Shown here piece after piece: positions 1-11,365 of a DNA stretch of 64,000 nt. Where the stretch lies: contig CM109176.1 of the NCBI GenBank assembly GCA_048593225.1, forward strand, positions 477,371,429-477,435,428, read 5' to 3'. Source of the DNA: Sarcophilus harrisii (Eukaryota). The notes beneath the pieces were generated by a model, which was given only the letters and a program-made list of their open reading frames with translations, made no database searches and was not told the DNA's origin. Within the stretch, counting starts at the first letter, position 1; every line of letters begins with the position of its first letter. The translations under genes were made by a program, and so were the position numbers.

Positions 1-177
1 TTCCCTAGGGGAACATCAGCTCCTTATGCCTCATGGTTCCTGGCATATAATAGGAGCTGAACAAATATCTATTGATTGGTTCACAATTCTGTCTTATTCT
101 ATACTGTTCTCCTTCATTAATTCCATTTTCAAAGGTAAGTTGGACTAACAATACTTTGCTGGGGATGTGCATTAATT

Positions 178-193
178 CCCCCCCCCCCCCCCC
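178..193. repeat. Poly(C) homopolymer of 16 C. On the opposite strand it reads as poly(G).
   Basis: ttaattcccccccccccccccccatctcccatccc. Confidence 0.9.
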
Positions 194-3100
194 ATCTCCC
201 ATCCCATGCCTTCCTTTCCCATCTCTACTACTTCTAGGATCCTAATTTTCCTTTAAAGCTCAGTTCAGGTGCAACTTTCTCTGCTGACTTTCTTCATCTC
301 TATTATTCCTTTTTGGGAGTACATGTTGCATCTTTCTGCCATTAAAATGTTTCTGAGAGCAATAAATGTTTCATTTTTGTCTTTCCTGCTCCAATATTTA
401 ACACTGTACTTTGTACAAAGTAAGCAATGATTGTTGAAGAAGCATCAATGAATCATTTTTTAAAAAAAAAGTTTGTTGAAAAACTGCATCCACATCATTT
501 TCAGTAACCACAGGTTATTTCTTAAGGCTCAGTCATGTGCTTTTTCTCTTCTTCTATACTGTCTCATCAATGATACCATTGAGTTCATTATCTCTATGCG
601 TAGGATTCCCAGATATTTCTCTCTAGTCTCTCTCCTAAGTTACAGTCCCTCATTAGCAGTTGCTAATAATAAGTTGCAGGCAAGTCAAATTAAACAGGTA
701 AAAAAACATAATTATCTCTTCCCTTCTCTCTACACAACGTCCCTGGCTCCTTCTTCCACTCACTGGGGCAGTATCATCCTTCGTTCCCCCACTCATTCCA
801 ACTTCACAGACCAATAGTGTTTCTACCTGCACAATCTCTCTCATACTTTTTTCTCTTCACTCTAGCACAGGCCCTAGTCACCTACATTATTCCAATACCT
901 TTCTAATTGTTCCCTTTGACCAAATCCTTGAAGCACTATCTTTTTGCTTTTCCTCATTTCCCGAGTATTTACCATCATGTGTGGCACTATACTACAGTAG
1001 TATATCCTCAATAAATGCTTGCTTATCAGACTCATTGCACAGGTCTATTTTGGGAGGGGCAGGAGCTGACTCTGATTCTCATTCTTAAGGAGCCAAAACT
1101 TCCAGTGGGTCACCTAGGCTAAGAGAAAGTGCCCCTTCCTTGCTGCGTATCTCATTTTTTGGATTTAAAAACATTATTCTGAGGTGGCCACAGTCTTTAT
1201 CAGACTATCAGAGGAGTCCACAATATTAAAATAAAAAATCCAACTTACTGAGATTAAGTGATTTACTCACTTAAAAAACAACTAATAAATACCAAAAGTA
1301 AGGGTTAAAGTCTAGCACTCTCTTGTAAGTTAAGAAATAATGGGGCAAAAGCAGCAAGGTTGGTAAGGAAGAATCGCTCAATTTTCTCAGTGTGGCCAAT
1401 TCATAGCTTTGTACTAATTTAAATAATTCCCTCCTCCCCAATTCACAGTGTATACTCCAATGTTCTCTGGACATTTGCATTTTAAAGTGGCATCCATTTA
1501 TGGACATTTTTATGAGTAAAACCTATACTGAACAAAATTACATACATTTCCAAAACTGAATGGAATCTGTTTTCCCTTGACATTTTATCAAAAAAATAGT
1601 CCAGAAATTTAGTACTATTCTTCTACCACTATAAAACAGTAGATTCCCAGCTCAAAGCCTCTGATCAGAGAAAATTCCTTCCTTAGTCTGGTTATCAACA
1701 ATCCTAATATAGCCTGACTAGTATCTCTCATTACTCTTCAACAGAATCTGTCTATTTAATTGTCTGGAGAATATGTGTGTCTTTGGTTCATACTATTCCT
1801 TCTACCTTAAAAAAGCCTCTTCCTCCTTTCCAATTACTGAAACCATACCAGTTCTTGAAGGACCAGCCTAAATTTGCTTTATCTGTGAGACCTTCTCTGA
1901 ACCCTTTGCCAGAAGAGATTTTTTTGTCATCCTTGTTCTCTTATGCCTTTTTTCTCAATATCAGTGATTCGGAGCTTTACTCGGCACACATGGCAATATT
2001 CATTTTTTTTTTAAACATCTCTTAAGTTTTCCATTCTAACATTCTAAACTGTAAATTCCTTGAGAGTGATGATTTAAGTAACTGATTTTATGAATTCCAA
2101 AATAAAAATGTATATACCCTATAATCAAATTTCAATCTTATTGTAAAAGCTGAGTTCTAACAACTATTTTGTATCCATAAGCATGGTGTTTTAAAAAAAA
2201 TATATATTTGTTGTTGTGCTAAGAATATTTAAGATACAGAAGTATACAAATAGTAACAAATGTTTTTGTTGAAAATGCAAAGAATTATCAGCACACATTG
2301 TATTAACAATAAAATATGGGATAGAAAGGCAATACTTGATGAAAAATAACAATGGATAAATGAAATCTAAAAGTTGAGTTGTTGTTCTTTTTATTTAGTG
2401 TAATGTGACATTCCAAAAAATTGAAATACATTTCATTAAAACTATAGTAGTTTGATATCGCAGAAACTAGTCTAGAGCTAAAAAATGAGGAAAAAAAAAA
2501 AAAGCCCAAATCTTTTCATCTGTTTTCCCACAACTTGAATGAAATAGATTCATTAGTGGTTGCAAAACATCAATTCATAAAAGGATATTTTATAATATAA
2601 TCACACCATTTTAACAGTGAGCATTAAGCAGTATTTGTTTACTATAGTTTTTGCTAAGCATAGAGGCACATTGTGGTATCTAAATTCCATGTAGCAACCA
2701 GAACAGCAAGGCACAGTTGGGATTTTAAAATGCTTCCAATTGAATTTAAAAAATTTTCTGATTAAAGTACTTGAACAAAGATAATCTCTCAAATAAAGGT
2801 AACAGCTTCTCACAGTTACCTAAGTACATTTGAAACACAGAACTAAATTATATCCCTTTAAAAGGTTCATAATACCCCAAATCTGGTCAATACTATTCTT
2901 GGTTTGTCTATAAGCATCCCAATTTATCATCTAAATATCTTTCGATACATTACTATGAATAAAGGATAACTTTAAATTTATGGAATTAATCTTCACTATA
3001 ACCTTTATGCTTGTGATCTGTCATACAGAGTAACCTGAATCAGCTAAGCCCAGTAATTTTTTCCATGCTTTCTAAATAAATTTAGAATATGACCTGTTTT

Positions 3101-3702
3101 TAAACATGCCTACCAGTCTGCCTAGAGAAACACCTAAGATAACAGATCCAATTTTAATTTAGATCTTCAGTGACTCAGAATCTACTCATCAAAAGTGAAG
3201 CAGCAACTTTCAAATATAACACACTTCCCTAGGTCTATGCATGTGACAGGTTTACACGTCATTCTTAAACATAGAAACATTAATTAAGACTAGTAGAAAA
3301 TTTCAGGATTAAAAAAAATCTTTCATCTAATTTTCTTAAATAATTCTATATGCACCACTCCACATTGTGGAAAAGCTAAAATATGCAGTCTGGATATAAC
3401 AAAGGAAATTGATATTTAAACTGTTGGCACAAATAATTACATCTATACTGTACAAAATATCAGGTAACCATGTGTCATTCCCCACCTCCCACCCCTACCC
3501 CAAGCAGTGAACATACCAGATGACAGGTAATAATCAGCAAGCTGTTGCAGATAAAATTTTTAAAAGAAAGACAGTAGAATAATATTTTGAAAGTGTTGAT
3601 GTGCCAGAAGTAAGTATTCCAAACTGCTTTATCAGACTGAAGTAACCAGTATCAGGGTCAAAAATAACTCCATCCTAATCCTTATTAACTGTCCTTTTTT
3701 GG

Positions 3703-3744
3703 TCACTGCAATTGTACTCTGTATGCACCTATAAGCAATTTTAC
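3703..3744 (-). CDS. MPHOSPH8: MPHOSPH8 terminal coding exon. Only the coding part, including the TGA stop, is given: VKLLIGAYRVQLQ*. The 3'UTR continues to lower coordinates.
   Basis: Acceptor ttgtctttcctttcatag|GTAAAATTGCTTATAGGTGCATACAGAGTACAATTGCAGTGA. This is identical to the human C-terminus. Candidate poly(A) signals on the minus strand are ATTAAA near 3158-3153 and AATAAA near 2395-2390; I could not decide between them. Confidence 0.88.
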   Translation of the reverse strand, partial: VKLLIGAYRVQLQ

Positions 3745-4198
3745 CTATGAAAGGAAAGACAAAATTGTGATTTTTTAAAAAAACATTTGCTTGCTCTCAA
3801 AGAGAAAAAGACATCAGGGAGAAAAATCAGCGGGCATACTACACATAGCTATAACATTGAATAGGTAAAATTGAACATTATCATGCTACAAAGTTCTGCT
3901 TGTAGTGTGATTCAATAATCACTTGAGCAAAAATCATCTATCCCAAATGAATGTTTCATTTAATGTTAATTTTCCATAAACTGATTATGACTATAAGCTT
4001 TTATAACTAAGTTTTTAATATCTCATAATGCAAACAAACAATTTTGCTAATTTTGCAAACTTTTTTTGTTAGCCCATTTGGTTAACAGGGATAGATATGG
4101 AAATGGAAAGTGAGGCTTATGGGATTTCAAAATAGGTTGGGAATCATGCTCAAACACTTAATATGAGATTCTGATTTGACCAGTAAAAATCTTTTTAC

Positions 4199-4282
4199 CT
4201 TGGCAGAGGGTGCTTCTGTCAGACGTATAAAAAGTTTATTGAGGCCTGCAACAGGGCTGAAGGAATAAACAAAATGGCTATC
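4199..4282 (-). CDS. MPHOSPH8: MPHOSPH8 exon 13, 84 nt: DSHFVYSFSPVAGLNKLFIRLTEAPSAK.
   Basis: Acceptor ttgttgccttttag|GATAGCCATTTTG and donor GCCAAG|gtaaaaag. Human MPP8 has DSHFVYSFSPVAGPNKLFIRLTEAPSAK. Confidence 0.88.
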
Positions 4283-5439
4283 CTAAAAGGCAACAAAAGA
4301 AAATTAATCAGAACATATATGAATATAACCTCATGTGTTCCAGGAATGTAAAGTAAATCATTAAAAATCTATTAAAGTAGCCTTAATAACAAAGTAACTC
4401 AAAAGAAAGCAAGATTGTGTTATGATTCAAACCCAAGAAGATCAAAGAGCAACATTCAAGTCTATCACAATGAAGATACTTTAGAAAAGGTATGAAGAAG
4501 AACTACCTTGGAGCTGTCTTTGAAAAGTTATAAGCAATGTACATATGTACTACATTTTCATGTTGACAGAAAGTTACAACTGAACTCTTAAAAAAATTTT
4601 GTTTATCTTTATTTAAATTTATTTTATTAAAAACAGAGTAAGAAAAAAGAAAAACAGAAAACAAATACAAAACAAAACAAAACAGAACATTGTCATGTAT
4701 CCAGCAGAACATCAAGGATTCAAAATATAGAACAGTAAATTTCCAGTTCAAAAAGGATATATAAGAAATTAATATTCATGAATGCTCATCTTTTCTTTAC
4801 TTCCTTGTAGTTTGTTCTTTTGTTCTCTGCTGCATACTTTTTTTTACTTTATTCTCCCCCTCCTTTCATCTCCACCACTTCCCCCAAGTAGGCTATAGCT
4901 AAGACCCCCACCTCCACATATCTTTGCTAATCCTGTTCTTTCTTTGTTTTAATTTTATTCCTTAATTTGCCTTGCTATTAGCCTCCTCCCATCCTTGGAT
5001 TCTTCCTTTGTCTTCTCCCACCCTTTGCTTCCTCCTCCATCCAGTCCTCTCCCCTCATTTCTTTATAATTTTGGAGGATGCTATACCGTTCATGCTATAC
5101 ATGTAGTATTGCCTATTTAACCCATTCCCAAAGTGAGCAGATTTTCAGAACTATGAGCCTTTCTCCCTTTTCTAATGCCTCTATCTCTATTCTTCTGTAT
5201 CTCATTTGTATAACATAATTATTTTAACTCTGCCTCAATCTTTCTTTTGAACTACTCTATTGCTGATGTCAGTCTTAAAACATATGATATCCAGTTCCAT
5301 ATAAAAAACAGAAAACAATTTGTCCATGTTTATACAATCCTTGATCTTGGATATTAGCTGTCATAAGTTAAACTTTTTACCAAGTTTGAGTTTGGTTGAT
5401 AGAAAGTCCTGAAAATCTGCAAGTTCACTGAATATCCAT

Positions 5440-6300
5440 TTTTCCTCATTCAATATTATGGATAATTTTACTGGATATATTTTTGGAATATCATATCATA
5501 TCGGCTTATGGCCAAGTTCTTTTGAATATTTGTATATATATAATTCCAGGGCCTGCAGTCTTTTATTGTGGTTGTTGCTAAGTCCTGTAAAATTCTAATT
5601 TTAGTTGCAGTGTATGTGAAATTTTTTTCTTGTTTCTTATAAAATTGTCTCTTTGATCTGGGGTTTGGAAATATGGCAATAATATTCCTGTGTTTTCTAC
5701 AAAGGATCTCTCTGAGTGATTGGTGAATTTTTTTCTATTTCTACTTTTCCCTCATGTTCTATCACTTCAGGACAATTTCCTTGGATTATTTCTTGTATTA
5801 CTGTGTCAAGGTTCTTTTTTTGATCACAGTTTTCAGGTAGATGAATTATTCTTATATTTTCTCTTCTTAAACTGTGCTCCAGATCTGTTGTTTTTCTTAT
5901 ATTTCACATTCTATTCTATTTTTTCATTCTTCATAATCTATTTTGTCATTTCTTGGTCTCTCAAATTATCACTGACTTCCCTTTGCCCAATTCTAATTTT
6001 CAAAGAGCTGATTTCATTTCTGAGTACTTCCTTTTCTAATTGGTTAACTTTTTCTTTTTCAGATTCTTGCTTTTCTTGGATGGTTTTTAATTTTTATTCT
6101 TTACTCAATCTCTCATTTGACTTTTAAATACTTTTTTGAATTCTTCTATAAATTCTTTTTGGGAAGGGAGCTATTTAATATTATTCTCAGGGGTAGAAGC
6201 AGCTTTTTTTACTTCAATGTCCTTCTCTGAAAATGAACCCTGATCTTCCCTATTCCCATACTAAGTTTCTATGATTGGGCTTCATTGTTCTTTGCTGGTT
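5440..6300 (-). mobile_element. LINE-1-like fragment in antisense orientation: a T-rich, serine-and-leucine-poor frame resembling the L1 ORF1/5' region read backwards.
   Basis: It shares ~50 nt motifs with 31300-32060 and 39890-40900, for example tggaaactccagattttgactacaatgttactgggaggtttcattttgg and tggagattctggattttgactatgttgttattgggagttttcatttt. The plus-strand ORF 5720..6127 is a low-complexity F/L/S translation. Confidence 0.45.
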
Positions 6301-7462
6301 CATTTTTTTTTTTTAATGAGAATATTAATGCAAAAAACTCTAATTATGAGGTGGGAGGACGGTGCCTCTAGCTTCACCTCAGCTCTCCCCTCTGACCTGG
6401 AACCCCAAACCAAAAGCTCCACCTTCCTGTAAGTGCCCATAGCCACCAGTACTCCTGTCCCACTGCTTCTGTAGTCACAGGTAGGTTGTGCACACAGCTG
6501 AGCCTGGCCTTCCGATTCAGTAGAGGTTCCCTCAGTCCTTCCAGACTCAAGACTCCTGACTCTGTAAACTGTCTGGGAAGTCCAAATTTCTGTGGTTCCT
6601 GCTAAGGCTCCAGTCAAACCCAGCTAAACTGAGGGGTCCCCACTTGGTAAATCTGCAGAGCTAGCCCAGATGTGTTTGCATTTCACATTGGTTAAACCTT
6701 AGCCCCAAGTCTTTCTTCTGAGCTTGGGTTGTATCAGGAAGACTCCAGTTCTGCTCCAAATCATCCTTATTTTTCACCAGTCTATGTTCACCACTAGGCA
6801 CAAATTTTTTCTGCTTATGAGGAAAATCTGGAGAGCTTGAAATTTATTGACCTATTCTTCTAGCTTCCCAGAATCTTCCCCTAAACCTGAACTCTTGCCA
6901 AAACATTTCAAGAACATTACTAGAACCATAAAGTGAAGTCATTTGGGGGTTTTATCTCCTAGGCAATTAAGAGAATAAAACAAATGATTAGAAAGCAACT
7001 TCTTAACAGAGGATTTACAGAGGAGAGGGGTGAAGAACAACAAATACTTTGGGTTAGCGTACATTTAGTTATTTTTCTAGGCCTTCTACATCTCTATATA
7101 ATATAAGAACTAATGTCTAGCATGATTACCCTGAAGTGATAAATGGTTATCAAAGAATTACCTAATTATTTTCATCAGATTATTTATTTGCTAAAGTAGA
7201 ATTCTGGACAAACATCAGGATATTGTATTTAATTCATTTTTTTCCCCTGATTAAGTGACAGCTACTCATTCCTTAAATACTGGTTAACCAAGGATTTACT
7301 AATCATACTTCTGTTAATTAAGAAATTTAAAAATGTAAAAAATAAAAAAAAAATGTGCCTTTCAGTATTAAACAGTATCACGAAACCTATTTAATTCTTA
7401 CAAATACTATTAGGAAGACTAAAAAATGTAATTTAACTCAATTACATATACACTAATCTTAC

Positions 7463-7590
7463 CAGAAATACAGGAAGTTGAAACTTGTCATTCAAAACTA
7501 CAGCTTGTACACTACATGGTCCACAAAGTCGAGCAATGACTTCCTTACCAAAAAAGTTTGCATGGAATATAAACAGAAGAATTCCAGAGC
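7463..7590 (-). CDS. MPHOSPH8: MPHOSPH8 exon 12, 128 nt: (G)SGILLFIFHANFFGKEVIARLCGPCSVQAVVLNDKFQLPVFL.
   Basis: Acceptor tgtttgtttttatttag|GCTCTGGAATT and donor TTTCTG|gtaagatt. It lies inside minus-strand ORF 7442..7630. Human MPP8 has GSGILLFIFHANFLGKEVIARLCGPCSVQAVVLNDKFQLPVFL. Confidence 0.9.
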
Positions 7591-8641
7591 CTAAATAAAA
7601 ACAAACAGACAATGAAATCTCTCTATACACAAACTAATAGAATGAAATAAGAAGCCAATTCTCATACCATAATTTTCTTAGAAATCAATTTAAATAAATT
7701 CATCAGGAATAACAATGATTGAAAATCTAAAGGAAAACAATAAAAAGGGAAAAGGAAGGGACTTTAACTGATACCTAATCCCAAACTAGACTGCAAAACA
7801 TAATCATCAAAATAATTTGGTATTAGTTTAAACTAGAGACATTAATCACTGAAACACATTAAACACACAATTTGCAGGGGAAAAAAAAAACTAGTAGTCG
7901 TGTTCAATAAATCAAACGAGATAAGATTTCACGATTTAACAAAAACTGCTGGGAAATAATTGGGGAAAAATAGAGTTTAGATGATGTCCTAGAGAGATGT
8001 GTAAAAAGAGGAAAAGGACACACACATGTACACACACAAACACACACACAGACACTGCTTATAGAAGTTCCTTTTATAGTGAACTGGAAAGGGGTGCCCA
8101 TTAATTGGAGAACAGATAAAGACAGTATCACAATGTCTTAAGTGACAATATTACTCAGCTACAACACGAGGAATGACAAAAAAGACAGTTTTAGAGAAAG
8201 CTGGGAAAATTTTTAAGGACTGAAGTAGAATAAAATAAGCAGAACCAGGAGATTAATTTATACAACTAACTGTAAAGACAAACTTCAGAAGAATTAAAAA
8301 CTCTAATCAATGCAATGATAAACCCAGATTTAGAGGCTCAGGGCAAACATAATTTGTTGATATGGCTAATGTGAGAATTTACTTTGCTGGACTATGAACT
8401 ATGTAACCACAGGTTAATAAGACCTATCTTTTTTTTTTTTCCCCCATGACCAGCAGGAAATGGAAAGAAAGAAATTAAATTGCATTAGTTCCAGAATATG
8501 GCAAGGAGGATTTGTTAAAGTGATGATAGTGGGAAAAGAAAGAAAGAAGTGGATGTTCAAGTACTATGAAAGCAGAATCCTCAGAACTTGGGAGCTGAAT
8601 GGCTAGAAATGATGAGAAAAGAGTCAAAAATAAAACAAGGA

Positions 8642-8826
8642 GAAAATATTTAAGAATGACCGTAGTGTTTACATGCCTAATTAGACACATCTCTTGCCCA
8701 TGCCTGTGCAGATTTTGGATATCAAAAAAAGCAGAAAATATTTAAGAATGACCGTAGTGTTTACATGCCTAATTAGACACATCTCTTGCCCATGCCTGTG
8801 CAGATTTTGGATATCAAAAAAAGCAG
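8642..8826. repeat. Tandem duplication, 2 x 92 bp, near-identical.
   Basis: gaaaatatttaagaatgaccgtagtgtttacatgcctaattagacacatctcttgcccatgcctgtgcagattttggatatcaaaaaaagca occurs twice back to back, with the second unit starting at 8734. It produces the twin ORFs 8475-8690 and 8681-8884. Confidence 0.85.
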
Positions 8827-11052
8827 AATAGAGAAAGACAGAAAAGCAGGTTATTGAAATCAAATTGTGTTTGTTCAAATTCAACAGTTCGCAGTGATAT
8901 GGACCTTGGGTAAGTTACTTACTTCTTTGAAGATGAACTTCTTTATTTATAAAATGGGAATAATATTTAAACAACTAATTTCACAGGACAATTTTTTGTA
9001 AACTCTAAATTGTTCAATAAAAGCTTTGAACAAAAAGGGGCACTTGAATTGATCCTTGAAGAATACTACAGATGATGTCAAAAGCTGGAAGATGAGGAAA
9101 GAGACAGAAAGGAAAGATGTAATATTGAGTGTTGTACAATAATTCATCTCAATGGAGAATATACAAAGGGAGGACATATTAAATTGGAATGAAGTTTTGA
9201 AACCTAAATGTCTCTCAGAAGACTACTTCACCTTCTACTATGCTGTGAAAATACGCTCATTCACTTCGAGTTCCCTCTTCACAGTTTTAAAAACCTCAAC
9301 ATCAAATCCACTTTTCTTCTTCATTCCAGTCTCTGAGCTGGCCCTTTTCTTTGTCAACACCAACTTCTCCACACCACCCCTTGCCATTCTCTCCGTGACC
9401 TTGCTCTGTCAAATCACCTATTCTCTTTCACCTTCAATCTCTTCTTATTCACTGGCTTCTTCCCTGTAACAAATAAATGCAGCTTTAAGAACCCTTTACT
9501 TTGAGCCTTAGCCCCCTGAAACTAATATACTATTCCCTTTTAATCTGTCACATTCATTGCCTTCACTTCTTTACCACCCACTCATTTTCCATTTTGTAAT
9601 TTGGCTTCCAATTCCATAAGACAGCTGCAACTGGTTTATTCTGAGATGATCAATGATATCTTAATGTCTACCACCAATAACCTTTTCTAATAAACAAAAG
9701 CCTTCGTCCTTCTTGACTTTTCTTCAGCTTTTGACACTACTGACCAGTTATCTTCTCTCTTCCTTATCTTACTGGTTCTTCTCATTTTCCTATATTCTAC
9801 CACCAAGTATAACTGTCTTTGGCTTCTATACAATCAGTAAACATAACCTAAAGCAAGACTGCCAAATCTACATATTTAGTCCTCATCTTTTTCTTGAATT
9901 CAAGCTCTGGAAAATGAAGGAACTGATATACTACTGGCCCAGAATTAGGAAGACATAAATTCAAATTCTGCCTCAGACATTCACTAACTGTGTGACTTTG
10001 ATCAGAATATTTACTGACTTTTTCAGTTTCCCCAACTGTAAAATGAGGATCATAACAGCATTTACCTACTAAGGTTGTGGTGAAGATCAAATATGATAAT
10101 ATTTGTAAAGTGATTAACATAGTGACTGGAATATAGTAGACAATCCCTTCCTCCTTCCTTCTCCACATCTATCATTTCTATCATCTTACAAGCATCTCAA
10201 TCTCAATACATTCAAAATAGATGATCTTTAACCCTAAATTTATCCCTCATTTTCCCTTGTTTTGTTGAGAGGACCAACGTCTTTCTAATCATCCAGATTT
10301 ACAAGTTAGCAGTTAAAATTTTAACTTCTGTATCTCCCTAGTCAAATACAACATCATCAATATTAAAGTCTTTTAATTCAACCTATAAATATGTTTCCTC
10401 ACTCCTCTCATAGAAAACTACTTCATTCATCTCATCTCACTAACTGTGGTGAGCCTTCTAACTGTGCTTTCTCCCATACATTCTTTACAATATCTTCTTT
10501 TACACAGTGGTTAAAACAATTCTTTGAAAGTAAAGTTCTAACTATATTATTCCACTGCTCAAGAAATTGCAATGGCTCTCTAGTGCTTTGAGAAGAAAAT
10601 AAAATCTATTTTGTTTTGATTGTTAAAGCCCTTCATAATCTAGATATAGCCTGCTTTTACTTCCCTCTTAGCATAGGAGAGTGAGGAGGGAGAAAGAAAA
10701 ATGAGGTCCTAGAATTAAAAGACCCAATTTCAATCCTACCTCTGATATTATCATGGTCACATAATTTTAAAGGCCCCTTCTAGCTTTACACTCTTAGTAA
10801 AGATTAATTGTATTCAAACTGTTACTTTCACCCAGTTTAATTCAACTGGAATTTCAATATTGTAAAATATAACAAAAGTAATTTCCAACCTACTAGAACA
10901 GGAAACAAAAAAATTCATCTCCCAAGAAACCTTCCACTTAATGTAAAGTAAATCTACTTTTATATTTGTATAAAACACTTCAAATGTCCATTGCTCTTCA
11001 ATATTTAGACTTGTATTGTCGAACCAGTTTAATAGTTTTACATACATATATA

Positions 11053-11253
11053 GGGAGCGGGGAAGAGAGGGGGTGAAGAGGGGGGGAGAGAAAAAGGGGG
11101 CAAAAGAAAGAGGGAAGGGAGAGAGAGAGAGGGGAGAAAAAGAGGGGAGGGAGAGAGAGACAGGGAGAGGGAAAGAGAGAGGGAGAAGGGGAGAGAGAGG
11201 AGAGGAGAAAGGAGAGAGGAGAGGGAAGGGAAGGAGAAGGGAGAGGGGAAGAG
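11053..11253. repeat. Polypurine (GA/GGA)n tract of about 200 bp. The plus strand is almost entirely purine.
   Basis: gggagcggggaagagagggggtgaagagggggggagagaaaaagggggcaaaagaaagagggaagggagagagagagagggg... The overlapping ORFs 10814-11305, 10998-11318 and 11016-11294 are translation artefacts of this repeat. Confidence 0.9.
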
Positions 11254-11261
11254 ATGGTGTA

Positions 11262-11365
11262 CAGAGCACTGACCCTGGAGTCAGGAGATCCTGAGTTAAA
11301 ATCAACCCGCAGACACAATACTTCTTAGCTGTGAGTCCCTGGCCAAGTCATTTAAACCCAGTTAT
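11262..11365 (+). mobile_element. tRNA-derived SINE of the marsupial type, plus orientation, lying directly 3' of the polypurine tract.
   Basis: cagagcactgaccctggagtcaggagatcctgagttaaaatcaacccgcagacacaatacttcttagctgtgagtccctggccaagtcatttaaaccc is the canonical SINE body. The same family occurs in reverse orientation at 16935-17100, 27312-27432, 27440-27612 and 37190-37335. Confidence 0.7.

Noticed and set aside
5720-6127. A 135 aa plus-strand ORF rich in Phe, Leu and Ser.
   Set aside because: It lies within an antisense L1-like fragment. The low-complexity composition comes from T-rich DNA, and there is no homology signal.
8642-8826. A direct repeat that could suggest a CRISPR-like or minisatellite array.
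   Set aside because: There are only two units of 92 bp, with no unique spacers between them, and the context is eukaryotic. It is a simple tandem duplication.
10814-11318. Three overlapping ORFs of 92-163 aa (P/L/S-rich and R/G/E-rich).
   Set aside because: They are pure translation artefacts of the 200 bp (GA)n or (GGA)n polypurine tract and its complement.
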